Shown in pieces: positions 7,577-17,117 of a stretch of 62,232 nucleotides of DNA. The notes beneath the pieces were generated by a model. That model saw nothing but the letters and a program-made list of their open reading frames with translations, did no database searches and had not been told where the DNA came from. Positions within the stretch are counted from its first letter, which is position 1. Every line of letters begins with the position of its first letter. Location of the stretch: the NCBI GenBank assembly GCA_039812705.1, contig JBDIBA010000005.1:1-62232 (forward strand), written 5' to 3'. The translations under genes were made by a program, and so were the position numbers. The stretch is from Acidimicrobiia bacterium. Lineage in GTDB: Bacteria; Actinomycetota; Acidimicrobiia; Acidimicrobiales; JBBSGY01.

Positions 7577-9004
7577 ATGGCACTCGAAGTGAACAATCAA
7601 GATTCCAGCTCAGCGCCGGTTGCCGGCCTTTTTGTTACGGAAGGGGCGGTGGAGGAAGTCGAACGGCGCGGTGTTGACCGCTCGGTCATTGACGCCGCAA
7701 CCTTTGAGGGCAAAGCGGGGCAAGTTTTCAGCACACGAGCGGGGGATTCTCAGCTCATCGCCATCGGCCTCGGCGCCCAAGGTGAGGTCACCGTGGACGC
7801 CGTCCGCCGGGCATCCGCCCAGTTCGTGCGGTCCGCTGGAGGGTTTTCGTCGGCGAATCTGAGTCTTGATGCGGCCGGTCTGGGCCTAGACGCCGATGCG
7901 GCGGCTCAAGGCGTAAGCGAAGGTTTGCTGCTTGGCTCCTACAAGTACACAGAGTTCAAGTCCGCACCAACGCCTCCAAAGTTGGAAACCGTTTCGGTCC
8001 CGGGTGCATCTGCAAAGGGTCTTGAAGACGGCAAGGTCATTGCCGAGGCCGTGTACATGGCTCGCGACTTGATCAACGGTCCACCTTCACATTCCACGCC
8101 GCGGCGCATTGCCCAGGTCGCCCAAGAGGTGGCGGACCGCCATGGTTTGGCCATTCGTGTTCTTGACGAGGGTGAGATTGAACGTGAAGGGCTCGGTGGC
8201 CTCCTCGGTGTTTCGAGGGGTTCAGATGAGCCACCTCGACTAATTGAGCTGACTTACGAGCCCGAAGGCGGGGCCGACAAAGCCATTGCACTTGTTGGTA
8301 AGGGCATCACGTTCGACTCCGGTGGTCTTTCACTGAAGCCCGCTGCGGGAATGATGACAATGAAGACGGATATGAGTGGAGCCGCTGCGGTCCTTGGCGC
8401 AATGAGCACCGTGACAACTGTCAAGCCCGCAGTGAAAGTCGTTGGCATCATCTGCGCAACCGAGAACCTTCCGGGCCCCAAGGCAACTAAGCCCGGCGAT
8501 GTTCTGAAGGCGCGCAATGGCAAGACAATGGAAGTGCTGAACACCGATGCCGAAGGACGCTTGGTGCTTGCCGATGGCTTGTCACTTGCTGTTGAAGCGG
8601 GCGTCGATGCGATTGTCGACGTTGCAACACTGACTGGTGCATGTGTTGTGGCACTCGGAAACGAGTTCGCTGGCTTGATGACGAACAACGATGAGTTTGG
8701 CCAGGTGGTGCGCAGCGCAGCCGATCGAGCAGGCGAGAACGTATGGCCACTTCCGTTGCCTAAGCAGTATCGCAAACACATTGATTCTGAAATTGCCGAC
8801 ATCAAGAACATCGGTGCCGCCGGAGGCGCTGCGGGCGCGCTGTCGGCTGGGCTTTTCTTGAAAGAGTTCGTTGGTGAAACACCGTGGGTTCACCTCGACA
8901 TTGCGGGGCCCGCGCGTTCTGAAAGCGATGACGCTTACATTGCCAAGGGCGGCACGGCATTCGGCACAAGAACGCTTGTTGAACTCGTTAGGAGATACTC
9001 ATGA
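7577..9004 (+). CDS. pepA: leucyl aminopeptidase (M17)
   Basis: It carries the NTDAEGRLVLAD signature, GKGITFDSGGLSLKP and an M17 C-terminal domain. I trimmed the start from the ORF start at 7451 to ATG 7577 (MALEVNN...). Confidence 0.9.
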   Translation: MALEVNNQDSSSAPVAGLFVTEGAVEEVERRGVDRSVIDAATFEGKAGQVFSTRAGDSQLIAIGLGAQGEVTVDAVRRASAQFVRSAGGFSSANLSLDAAGLGLDADAAAQGVSEGLLLGSYKYTEFKSAPTPPKLETVSVPGASAKGLEDGKVIAEAVYMARDLINGPPSHSTPRRIAQVAQEVADRHGLAIRVLDEGEIEREGLGGLLGVSRGSDEPPRLIELTYEPEGGADKAIALVGKGITFDSGGLSLKPAAGMMTMKTDMSGAAAVLGAMSTVTTVKPAVKVVGIICATENLPGPKATKPGDVLKARNGKTMEVLNTDAEGRLVLADGLSLAVEAGVDAIVDVATLTGACVVALGNEFAGLMTNNDEFGQVVRSAADRAGENVWPLPLPKQYRKHIDSEIADIKNIGAAGGAAGALSAGLFLKEFVGETPWVHLDIAGPARSESDDAYIAKGGTAFGTRTLVELVRRYS

Positions 9005-9870
9005 GAAAGCTTTTTGTGAGCATTGCGGCAGCCGTTTCACTGCTTGTCGCTTCGTTCGTTAGTCCGGTCGGGTTTGCCCCCAGCGCGGCGAGTGCTGCGC
9101 CGCCTGCATACGGGTATTGGTTGCTTGCCGAAGACGGCGGCGTCTTTACATTCGGCAGCGCGGCGTTTTACGGCTCAACGGGCAACATGCGACTCAACGC
9201 TCCCGTTGTTGCAATGGCTGCCACAAAGTCCGGCAATGGTTACTGGCTACTTGCTCAAGATGGCGGCATCTTCAGCTTTGGTGACGCCGACTTCTTTGGC
9301 TCTTTGCCAGGCCTTGGGATCGAGCATGCACCCGCAACATCACTGACTCGTTCGCGTGATGGCAACGGCTATTACGTTTCGACCGCCGACGGTGGCGTCT
9401 ACACATTTGGTGACGCTCAGTTCTTTGGAGCGGCTTCGTCGTACGGTTCGCGCAATGTGCACTTCGGTCTTGCGTTGACATCGTCCGGCTTCGGTTACAC
9501 GCAGTCTTCAATGGATGGTGCGGTTTACAACTTCGGCGACGCCACCTACAAGGGTGGTGCAAATGCAGACAACACTCGATTCCCCGTGCTTGGAGTCGCG
9601 CGCGGCAAGAACAACGGCTACTACCAAGTAGCAGCCGATGGCGGCGTGTTCTCCTATGGCACTCCTTTCTATGGGAGCGCTGCGAATGACAGCGATTTCC
9701 CCGTGCTTGGTATGGCCACAACGATTGGCGCGGGCGGCTACTGGCTAGTCGCGCTTGATGGTGGTGTCTTTACCTACGGCGACGCGCCGTACCTTGGTTC
9801 GGTGCCTGAGCAAGTCAAGGTCGAGAACCTCAACGCTCCAGTCATTGGCATTACGCGCAGCAATCCGTAA
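9001..9870 (+). CDS. secreted six-repeat (beta-propeller-like) protein of unknown function
   Basis: It has a signal peptide (MRKLFVSIAAAVSLLVASFV...AASA) followed by six repeats of about 40 aa. Its ATG overlaps the pepA stop (ATGA). Confidence 0.8.
   Translation: MRKLFVSIAAAVSLLVASFVSPVGFAPSAASAAPPAYGYWLLAEDGGVFTFGSAAFYGSTGNMRLNAPVVAMAATKSGNGYWLLAQDGGIFSFGDADFFGSLPGLGIEHAPATSLTRSRDGNGYYVSTADGGVYTFGDAQFFGAASSYGSRNVHFGLALTSSGFGYTQSSMDGAVYNFGDATYKGGANADNTRFPVLGVARGKNNGYYQVAADGGVFSYGTPFYGSAANDSDFPVLGMATTIGAGGYWLVALDGGVFTYGDAPYLGSVPEQVKVENLNAPVIGITRSNP
9112..9867 (+). repeat. six tandem coding repeats with consensus GYW(L/Y)xxxDGGVFxFGDAxFxGS
   Basis: The repeats begin GYWLLAEDGGVFTFGSAAFYGS, GYWLLAQDGGIFSFGDADFFGS, GYYVSTADGGVYTFGDAQFFGA, GYTQSSMDGAVYNFGDATYKGG, GYYQVAADGGVFSYGTPFYGSA and GYWLVALDGGVFTYGDAPYLGS. 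Confidence 0.85.
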
Positions 9871-9903
9871 CACCAACAAGAAGTCAAACAAACAGAAGAA
9901 AAC

Positions 9904-9933
9904 AAGAAGGGCGACCGCAGGGTCGCCCTTCTT
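9904..9933. terminator. bidirectional intrinsic-terminator-like hairpin
   Basis: AAGAAGGGCGACC and GGTCGCCCTTCTT form a 13-bp perfect stem around a GCAG loop. It sits between convergent genes, with A-rich sequence upstream and T-containing sequence downstream. Confidence 0.7.
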
Positions 9934-9985
9934 GATTGTTCAAAAACGTGTTTGTGTAAACCCGCTGTTTGCGGATTGGGGTTAG

Positions 9986-10441
9986 TTAAACGGCCTGCAG
10001 CTTCTTGAGAACGAATGAATGACGCTGCTGCAAACCGACGGGTAAACGTGCGAGTTGTCGGTTACCCAAGGACGGCACGCCCCTGCGAACAGCAAGGTGG
10101 CCCGACGGTGTCAAGCGCGCCATGTCGAAGCGGCACAGGCGGTAGAGGGTGCGCATGAACGGCGAGTGTCTGCCTCTTCCGGTGAGACCAAGTTGGGTAG
10201 CCAGTTCGTCGTAGTGCAGAACAAAGCCGGCGGGTGAGGCTTCAAGTTCGGCGCTTAGGTATCGCAGCAAGATGGTCGTGGACGGGCCGAGCACACCCAA
10301 CCAGAACTGCTCTACATATGGCGAGCGTGCGTCGTGGCTGACTCCATCAGGCTCCTCGAAAACCCAGGGGACCACGAGGACTCGGTCTTGCGGAAATGGC
10401 GGGTGAGAGTGAGACATTGACGCTCCTGACTGCTGAGACAT
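9986..10441 (-). CDS. conserved small protein of unknown function (possible winged-helix fold)
   Basis: 151 aa. The segment YVEQFWLGVLGPSTTILLRYL..LATQLGLTGRG..FMRTLYRLCRF is helix-rich. I cannot name a family with confidence. Confidence 0.6.
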   Translation of the reverse strand: MSQQSGASMSHSHPPFPQDRVLVVPWVFEEPDGVSHDARSPYVEQFWLGVLGPSTTILLRYLSAELEASPAGFVLHYDELATQLGLTGRGRHSPFMRTLYRLCRFDMARLTPSGHLAVRRGVPSLGNRQLARLPVGLQQRHSFVLKKLQAV

Positions 10442-10475
10442 CGCCCGAAAAGGCTGGACTTGCTAATGGCACGTC

Positions 10476-10493
10476 AATGTATTTCATTACATT
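10476..10493. promoter_or_regulatory. inverted repeat AATGTA-N6-TACATT inside an AT-rich promoter island
   Basis: It is the only markedly AT-rich stretch in this area (10470..10510). It lies about 35-50 nt upstream of the start of the 151-aa gene. Confidence 0.25.
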
Positions 10494-10546
10494 TCAGTAA
10501 TTCCAATTGTTGGAACGTCTGTCCTTAGCCAACCAGGACACAGGTC

Positions 10547-11785
10547 TTAGAGGGAGCCGAATTCCTCCGGCTTGGTCCAATCCTCATCCAGATACGCCCG
10601 TTCTGGCTCGTTGGCGACCCGGTATGACCGGGACTTGAGATCGCGGGCTAGGTCGCCGTCGAGCGCTACGTCGATGATCGTGTTCGCAAGAAGCGTTACG
10701 CCGTCGGTAATCACCTTGTTGGCGGCTGCACCGCGTGCTGCTTGCGCGAAGGCTGGTTCGTGAATGTTTGCCCCGCCTGCGTCTAGGTGAATCAGGGGAT
10801 GAATGGTTGGCATTGCGTAAGAGACGTTGCCCATGTCGGTTGAAGCCACGGGGTCGGTGTCTTGCACGTGCAAACTGTTGCGACCGATGTTGTTTGCGTT
10901 CGCGCGCCACAGATCTGCCATGGCTTCGTGAGTGCGAAGGTCTGTGAACGACGGGCCGGTTTTCGTGATCTTCACGCGCGTGCCTGTCATTGTTGCGGCA
11001 CCGCGAAACACGTTGCGGACTTTGTCTTCCAAGACCGCAAGGCGTTCGGCACTTGCTGCGCGAACAAAGAAACGTCCGGCGCTGTGTTCGGGAACAATGT
11101 TTGGAGCATCGCCACCGTCAACAACAATGCCGTGCACCCTGTCGGTGGCGTGAAAGTGTTCGCGCAGGTATGCAATGCCGGTTTGTGCAAGTGCCAACGC
11201 AGCCGATGCACTGATGCCGGCTTCGGGGCGGGCCGCGGCGTGTGCAGCAACGCCGTAGTAGTCACAGCGAAGCACAGCAACTGCAAGCGTTCTCATTGCG
11301 TCGCGCTCAACAGCGGCGGGGTGCACCATGACTGCAGCATTGGCGCCATCGAAGACGCCTTCTTGCAGCAACAGAATCTTGCCGCCGCCACCTTCTTCGG
11401 CAGGGGTGCCAATAACGGAGACTTTCAAGTCAAGGTCGGCACAGATTGGTTGCAGCGAACGCGCAGCGCCTAGTGCGGCAGCTGCAATGAGGTTGTGTCC
11501 ACAAGCGTGACCGATGCCCGGCAGTGCGTCGTATTCCGCACAGATGACAATGTGCAAAGAGCCGTTACCGGTGGTTGCGCGAAAAGCGGTCGACAGCCCA
11601 CCGACACCTTCGTCAACGTTGAAATCAAACTGTCGAAGCTGCGCGACAAGTGCGCTGCTGGCTTGAGTTTCTTGAAAGCCCACCTCGGGATTGCCGTGAA
11701 TGAACTCACTCAGGCCGATGATGGATTTCACGTCGGCGTCAAGCGCGTCTTGCGCGCGAGCCTTCAGTTCATTTGCGGGGCTCAA
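10547..11785 (-). CDS. M20 family amidohydrolase (AbgB/M20D-like)
   Basis: 412 aa. It carries HACGHNLIAAAALGAA and GTPAEEGGGGK. Its start overlaps the stop of the upstream carboxylase gene by 4 nt. Confidence 0.8.
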   Translation of the reverse strand: MSPANELKARAQDALDADVKSIIGLSEFIHGNPEVGFQETQASSALVAQLRQFDFNVDEGVGGLSTAFRATTGNGSLHIVICAEYDALPGIGHACGHNLIAAAALGAARSLQPICADLDLKVSVIGTPAEEGGGGKILLLQEGVFDGANAAVMVHPAAVERDAMRTLAVAVLRCDYYGVAAHAAARPEAGISASAALALAQTGIAYLREHFHATDRVHGIVVDGGDAPNIVPEHSAGRFFVRAASAERLAVLEDKVRNVFRGAATMTGTRVKITKTGPSFTDLRTHEAMADLWRANANNIGRNSLHVQDTDPVASTDMGNVSYAMPTIHPLIHLDAGGANIHEPAFAQAARGAAANKVITDGVTLLANTIIDVALDGDLARDLKSRSYRVANEPERAYLDEDWTKPEEFGSL

Positions 11786-13548
11786 GAGACCACGCAGATC
11801 TGATCGCCAGGGGAGACCGCCCCGCCTTCTTTGACCTTGAGTTCCTTTACGGTGCCGTCAGCTGGGGCATTGACGTTGTTCTCCATCTTCATGGCTTCGA
11901 TAACGCAAAGGGTCTGACCGGCTTTCACCTTGTCGCCTTCGGAAACCGCAACACGCAGAACCGTTCCTTGCATTGGTGCATTTACCGCACCGGTCGTTCC
12001 GCCTTGTTTTGGCGCAGGGGCGCCGGGCTTGCGTTGCGCCTTCTTAAGGAGCGCTTCGGCGCGCGCGGCAATGGATGGTGCGGATTCCGGAACGAAAAGT
12101 TTGACGTTGAACTTGCGTCCATCAATTTCCGCCTCAACAACACGCTCAACCTTGTGCTCTGCGTCAACCGACGGATCAGGAGTGAACGGTTCGATGTGTG
12201 ACAAATCAAGATTGCGTTCTACCCATGTTGTTGCGTGGGTAGAACGTTTGAAGTCGTGATGGCCAAGGATGAGACGGTGTGCAGGAATGGTTGTTGCTAC
12301 GCCTTCAATCTTGGTTTCGCTGAGCGCGCGAAGTGCGCGACGTCGCGCGGTTTCACGGTCCTTGCCCCACACGATCAACTTGGCGACCAAGTTGTCATAG
12401 AACTGGCTGACCGCATCGCCGGTGTCGTAGCCGGCATCTGTGCGCACGCCAAAGCCGTCTGAACGGTTGAACTCTGTGATGGTGCCAGGACTGGGCCGAA
12501 ACGTGCCGGCAGCGGGGTCTTCTGCATTGAGGCGAAGCTCAATTGCGTGACCGTCGCGCGCAATCTCGTGTTGTTTGAGCGGAAGCTCTTCGCCGGATGC
12601 GACTCGAAGTTGCCACTCGACCAAATCGAGACCGGTTACGAGTTCGGTAACGGGGTGTTCGACTTGCAGACGGGTATTCATCTCCAAGAAGTAGAACTCG
12701 CCGTCTTGGTAAAGGAACTCGACGGTTCCAGCACCGACGTAGCTGCACGCTTCGGCAACGCGTACTGCTGCGTCGCCCATCTTGACGCGAACGTCTTCGG
12801 GCAACTCTGGCGCGGGTGCCTCTTCGATCAGCTTTTGGTGGCGACGCTGAACCGAACAGTCGCGCTCGCCAATCCAAACGTGATTGCCGAAGGTGTCGCT
12901 GAAGACCTGCATTTCAACGTGCCGCGGCCAGGTCAAGTAACGCTCTAGGTAAGCCTCGCTGCGGCCGAAATACGCTTGGGCTTCGCGACGTGCGCTTTCA
13001 AGTGCGTCCGATGCCTCGTCGGCCGAGTGCACGACTTTCATTCCGCGCCCGCCGCCTCCGTATGCGGCCTTGATTGCAACCGGCCAGCCGTGCTGGTTGC
13101 CAAACGTCTTGATCTCGTTTGCAGACTTGATGTCGCCTGTGGTTCCTGGCACGCCGTGGACTCCGGCGGCCGCTGCGGCAGCGCGCGCGGAAACCTTGTC
13201 GCCCATTACCTCGATTGCTTCTGCTGGAGGTCCAACGAAAACCGCACCGGCGGCTGTGACCGCGCGAGCAAAGTCGGCGTTCTCGCTGAGGAATCCATAG
13301 CCAGGGTGAACAGAGTCGGCTCCACTGCGCTCGATCACGTCGATGATGGCGTCGACATTGAGGTAGCTCTCAGCGGCGGTCTGGCCCCCGAGGGCATATG
13401 CCTCGTCTGCAATTCGCACGTGCATGGCGTTGCGGTCCAGCTCGGAATACACCGCGACCGTCTCGATGCCGAGTTCGCGACAGGTGCGAATGACTCGAAC
13501 GGCAATCTCTCCGCGGTTTGCAATTAGGACTTTTGAAAGCATGATCAA
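11782..13548 (-). CDS. accA: acyl-CoA carboxylase alpha subunit (biotin carboxylase + BCCP)
   Basis: 588 aa. It starts KVLIANRGEIAVRVIRT, has an ATP-grasp core, and has a C-terminal biotinyl domain with EAMKMEN. Confidence 0.92.
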   Translation of the reverse strand: MIMLSKVLIANRGEIAVRVIRTCRELGIETVAVYSELDRNAMHVRIADEAYALGGQTAAESYLNVDAIIDVIERSGADSVHPGYGFLSENADFARAVTAAGAVFVGPPAEAIEVMGDKVSARAAAAAAGVHGVPGTTGDIKSANEIKTFGNQHGWPVAIKAAYGGGGRGMKVVHSADEASDALESARREAQAYFGRSEAYLERYLTWPRHVEMQVFSDTFGNHVWIGERDCSVQRRHQKLIEEAPAPELPEDVRVKMGDAAVRVAEACSYVGAGTVEFLYQDGEFYFLEMNTRLQVEHPVTELVTGLDLVEWQLRVASGEELPLKQHEIARDGHAIELRLNAEDPAAGTFRPSPGTITEFNRSDGFGVRTDAGYDTGDAVSQFYDNLVAKLIVWGKDRETARRRALRALSETKIEGVATTIPAHRLILGHHDFKRSTHATTWVERNLDLSHIEPFTPDPSVDAEHKVERVVEAEIDGRKFNVKLFVPESAPSIAARAEALLKKAQRKPGAPAPKQGGTTGAVNAPMQGTVLRVAVSEGDKVKAGQTLCVIEAMKMENNVNAPADGTVKELKVKEGGAVSPGDQICVVS

Positions 13549-13622
13549 TCCAAAAAATCAGTCAACACGCCAGGTAGTTGGCGCTACTGGGTTAGCCAGA
13601 GCTGCGGCCTATCCTTCCAGAC

Positions 13623-14522
13623 GTGGGCGCGCCAAACAGCGAAATTGAAGTTTCGAAGAACACCATTTCGCAGCCGGCTGCAGGTCGAGACATTTCTTAC
13701 GCCGACCTCGATCAATTGATCGCGTCCGGGCTGCCATCGGTTGGCGGATTCCGGGTTGCTCGGGTCGACTCCATTGATTCGACCAACTCCTACTTATCGT
13801 CCGCAGCGGGTCGCGGCGAGGCGAGCGGTCTGGTGGTCTGCGCCCGTCATCAAAGCGCGGGCCGCGGACGCCGCGACCGAAAGTGGAACGACGATGCCGG
13901 CGAGTCTTTGCTTTTTTCCGTGCTCTTTCGGGCTGAGATCGGGGAGGGTTCGGTCGACGGGTCTGATTCCCCGGCTCGCTATGGCCAGCTGGTTGGGCTT
14001 GCCGTGGCGCTTGCTGGTCGCCAGCTTGGTGCGCCGATCGACCTCAAATGGCCCAATGATCTGATGGTTGGTTCGCGCAAGCTGGCAGGTGTTCTAGGCG
14101 AAACCTCAATCACAGGTTCACAGATTGCCGTGGTTGTCGGTTGTGGCATCAACCTCAACTGGAACCTTGCACCGCAAACAGGCTCCGATGGCACGGGCTC
14201 GAACTCGGCGGGCTCGAATCCGATTTGTCTGTCGGAGGCTTGTGGCAGCCACGTCGACCGAGTCGCATTTTTAGATGAAGTTCTGACAACTCTTGGCGAA
14301 CTGCAAGCGACGCCCGCGAAAGCCGCTGAGATGTATCGCCAGCTGTGCGCAACCATCGGCAAGTCTGTGCGCGTCGAGCTTGAAGGCAACAGCCTGGTTG
14401 GCGTGGTGCAAGACGTGCGCGACGATGGCGCACTGCTGTTGGACGTAAACGGTTGTGCGCATGTGCTCACTCAGGGCGAAGTTGTGCACCTGCGCACCGA
14501 AGTCGACTCGCAGCCGCGTTGA
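13623..14522 (+). CDS. birA: biotin--[acetyl-CoA-carboxylase] ligase, class I (no HTH domain)
   Basis: It carries the GRGRRDRKW motif and KWPNDL. It is divergent from the biotin carboxylase gene. The GTG start is uncertain. Confidence 0.85.
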   Translation: MGAPNSEIEVSKNTISQPAAGRDISYADLDQLIASGLPSVGGFRVARVDSIDSTNSYLSSAAGRGEASGLVVCARHQSAGRGRRDRKWNDDAGESLLFSVLFRAEIGEGSVDGSDSPARYGQLVGLAVALAGRQLGAPIDLKWPNDLMVGSRKLAGVLGETSITGSQIAVVVGCGINLNWNLAPQTGSDGTGSNSAGSNPICLSEACGSHVDRVAFLDEVLTTLGELQATPAKAAEMYRQLCATIGKSVRVELEGNSLVGVVQDVRDDGALLLDVNGCAHVLTQGEVVHLRTEVDSQPR

Positions 14523-14562
14523 CCGCCGGGCAAATCAGCCCACTGCTAGCGTCAACTCCGGA

Positions 14563-15969
14563 ATGTCTTACTCACCGCGTGACTACGTCTCTTACAAACG
14601 CACTGGGCGCAGCCTCGGTCGCAAGATCCTCATTGGTTTCAACATTGTCTTGGCATCGGCTCTCGTTGTGCTTCTTGGGCTTGCTGGCTATGTCGTCTAT
14701 GCGCAAGGTCGCGTGCCCAAGCTCAGTCTCGATGCGCTTCGCGATGGTGGTTCGACCACGGCAATGAACGTCTTGTTGGTGGGTTCTGACAGCCGTGCGG
14801 ACCTTGCAGAAGACGAGGCCAGCAAGTTCGGTACGACCGATGATGCAGCAGGTCAACGCGCTGACACTGTGATGATCCTTCACGTCGACTCGAAAAAGAC
14901 CAAGGCGTCTGTGCTGTCAATTCCGCGAGACACCTGGGTTACCAACAGTTCAACGGGCAGGAAGTCAAAGATTAATGACGCTTTCCAAGAAGGCCCTAAC
15001 TCTTTGATCTCAACCATTCAGAACAACTTCACCATTCCCATTGACCACTATGCGCAAGTTGACTTCGATGGCTTCAAGGGAGTCGTTGACGCGGTCGGCG
15101 GGGTAGAGGTTCCGTTTGATGCGCCCGCACGCGACCGCAAGTCTGGTCTGAACATCACCCAGACGGGTTGTGTGAAATTGAACGGCGATCAGGCGCTTGC
15201 TTTTGCCCGCAGCCGTTTTTACGAGACGAAGCTGAACGGTCGCTGGGTGAGCGACCCGCGCAGTGACTTGAGCCGCATTGACCGCCAACAAGATTTCATT
15301 CGCCGCGTTCTGCGTAAGGCGGTTTCCAGTTCGAGCAACCCGCTTACGCTTAACGCCATTGTCAACAACGGTGTGAAGAACGTGAAGATCGACGAGGGGT
15401 TTGGAGCGACGGACATCATTCGCATTGCTCGCCGCTTTCGTTCCCTTGACTCCAACACCGTTGAAATGATGACCCTGCCGACAACACCTTCTGTGATTGG
15501 TGGGGCTGATGTGTTGCTTCCCGACAAGGAAGAAGTAAGCACTGTTGTCGATCGTTTCTTGAACGGACCTCAGGAAACCAAGACCGCAACAAGCATTCCG
15601 CCAAGCTCAATCAGCATGCGCGTCTTGAATGGGTCCGGCGTAGATGGTCAAGCATCAGAGGCTGCGGGTGCGTTTCGCGACGCCGGTTTTGTTGTGACGG
15701 GAACCGGAGACGGGATCAAGCGCAACGCAAGCGTTGTGCAGTACGCACCGGGCAGCAAAGACAAAGCCGAAGCCATCGCGCGTTACATCGGCGGTTCCGT
15801 TACGACCGTCGAAGACAAGTCGGTGCGCGGCGTTGACGCAATTGTGATTACAGGAAGCTCCTTTAGCGGTGTGGTTGACCCGAGCGCTCCCACAACAACC
15901 ACCGCAGCGCCGCAAGAATCAACCACGACGACTACGGCCTCACCATTCGTTCCATCTGGAACCTGTTGA
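14563..15969 (+). CDS. LytR-CpsA-Psr (LCP) family glycopolymer transferase with a LytR_C domain
   Basis: It has an N-terminal TM helix, VLLVGSDSRAD, ADTVMILHV..SIPRDTWV, and a C-terminal MRVLNGSGVDGQASEAA. I trimmed the start to ATG 14563. Confidence 0.88.
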   Translation: MSYSPRDYVSYKRTGRSLGRKILIGFNIVLASALVVLLGLAGYVVYAQGRVPKLSLDALRDGGSTTAMNVLLVGSDSRADLAEDEASKFGTTDDAAGQRADTVMILHVDSKKTKASVLSIPRDTWVTNSSTGRKSKINDAFQEGPNSLISTIQNNFTIPIDHYAQVDFDGFKGVVDAVGGVEVPFDAPARDRKSGLNITQTGCVKLNGDQALAFARSRFYETKLNGRWVSDPRSDLSRIDRQQDFIRRVLRKAVSSSSNPLTLNAIVNNGVKNVKIDEGFGATDIIRIARRFRSLDSNTVEMMTLPTTPSVIGGADVLLPDKEEVSTVVDRFLNGPQETKTATSIPPSSISMRVLNGSGVDGQASEAAGAFRDAGFVVTGTGDGIKRNASVVQYAPGSKDKAEAIARYIGGSVTTVEDKSVRGVDAIVITGSSFSGVVDPSAPTTTTAAPQESTTTTTASPFVPSGTC

Positions 15970-15988
15970 CAGAACGGAAGTTAAAACG

Positions 15989-17095
15989 ATGAAGGCTTTG
16001 GTCCTTTCTGGTGGTGCGGGAACCCGGCTTCGTCCGATTACTCACACGTCGGCCAAGCAGCTTGTTCCCATTGCGAACAAGCCGATTCTGTTTTATGTCC
16101 TGGAAGACATTGCAGAGGCGGGTATCACCGATGTCGGAATGGTCATCGGTCACACCGGTGCTGAAGTCCGCCGCGCTGTCGGTGACGGGTCTAGGTGGGG
16201 AATTAACGTCACTTACATTGAGCAAGACAAGCCCGCTGGTCTTGCTCATGCGGTCAAGGTGTCTCGCGCGTTTCTGGGCGACGACGACTTTGTCATGTAT
16301 CTCGGCGACAATCTGTTACGAACCGGCATTGCCGGTCAGACGAAGAAGTTTGTTGAAGCGCGCGGGCGTGCGCTCGATGCGAATGATGCGTCGAAGCTTC
16401 CCGCGGCCCAGATACTGCTTGCAAGGGTTCCAGATCCGCAGCGTTTTGGTGTTGTTGCGCTCAACGATGACGGTTCTGTGAATTACTTGGTTGAAAAGCC
16501 TGCAGACCCACCTTCAGACCTTGCGTTGGTTGGCGTCTATTGGTTCGATGCTCGCGTTCATGACGCTATCGATGCGTTGGCGCCATCGGCACGCGGCGAA
16601 CTGGAAATCACCGAGGCAATCCAAGGACTTATTGACCAGGGGCTGCCGGTTCGTGCCGAGGTTGTTGATGGTTATTGGAAAGACCTTGGCGAGTTAGACG
16701 CTCTGCTTGAAGGCAATCGTTTTGTGCTGGAACTGCTGCAGGAAAACAACCAGGCAACGGTCGACGCCGAGTCCCGCATTGAGGGTCGTGTCGAGATTTG
16801 TGAAGGCACTGTGGTTGAGAAGTCAACCATCAGAGGCCCGGTTGCCATTGGCAAGAACGTCGTTATTCGCAACGCGTACATCGGTCCATATACGGCAATC
16901 GCCGATGGCTGTCACGTAATCGAGGCCGAAATTGAGCACTCGATGGTGCTATCCGACAGTCACATTGTCGGGGTTGGTCGCATTGAAGACTCGCTGATTG
17001 GAAAAGATGTCGAACTGATGCGTTCCGAGCGCAAACCGCGTGCCATGCGGTTGATGGTGGGGGACCATTCCCGCATCGACACCTCCTGGGGCTGA
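15989..17095 (+). CDS. rmlA: glucose-1-phosphate thymidylyltransferase, long form (NTP-transferase + left-handed beta-helix)
   Basis: MKALVLSGGAGTRLRPITHTSAKQLVPIANKP. I trimmed the start from the ORF start at 15869 to ATG 15989. Confidence 0.88.
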   Translation: MKALVLSGGAGTRLRPITHTSAKQLVPIANKPILFYVLEDIAEAGITDVGMVIGHTGAEVRRAVGDGSRWGINVTYIEQDKPAGLAHAVKVSRAFLGDDDFVMYLGDNLLRTGIAGQTKKFVEARGRALDANDASKLPAAQILLARVPDPQRFGVVALNDDGSVNYLVEKPADPPSDLALVGVYWFDARVHDAIDALAPSARGELEITEAIQGLIDQGLPVRAEVVDGYWKDLGELDALLEGNRFVLELLQENNQATVDAESRIEGRVEICEGTVVEKSTIRGPVAIGKNVVIRNAYIGPYTAIADGCHVIEAEIEHSMVLSDSHIVGVGRIEDSLIGKDVELMRSERKPRAMRLMVGDHSRIDTSWG

Positions 17096-17117
17096 CCCGT
17101 AGGAATAGGGTTGAGCC

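Noticed and set aside
13549-13622. A BirA operator in the accA/birA divergent region.
   Set aside because: This BirA lacks an N-terminal HTH domain (class I ligase), and the gap has no convincing palindrome.
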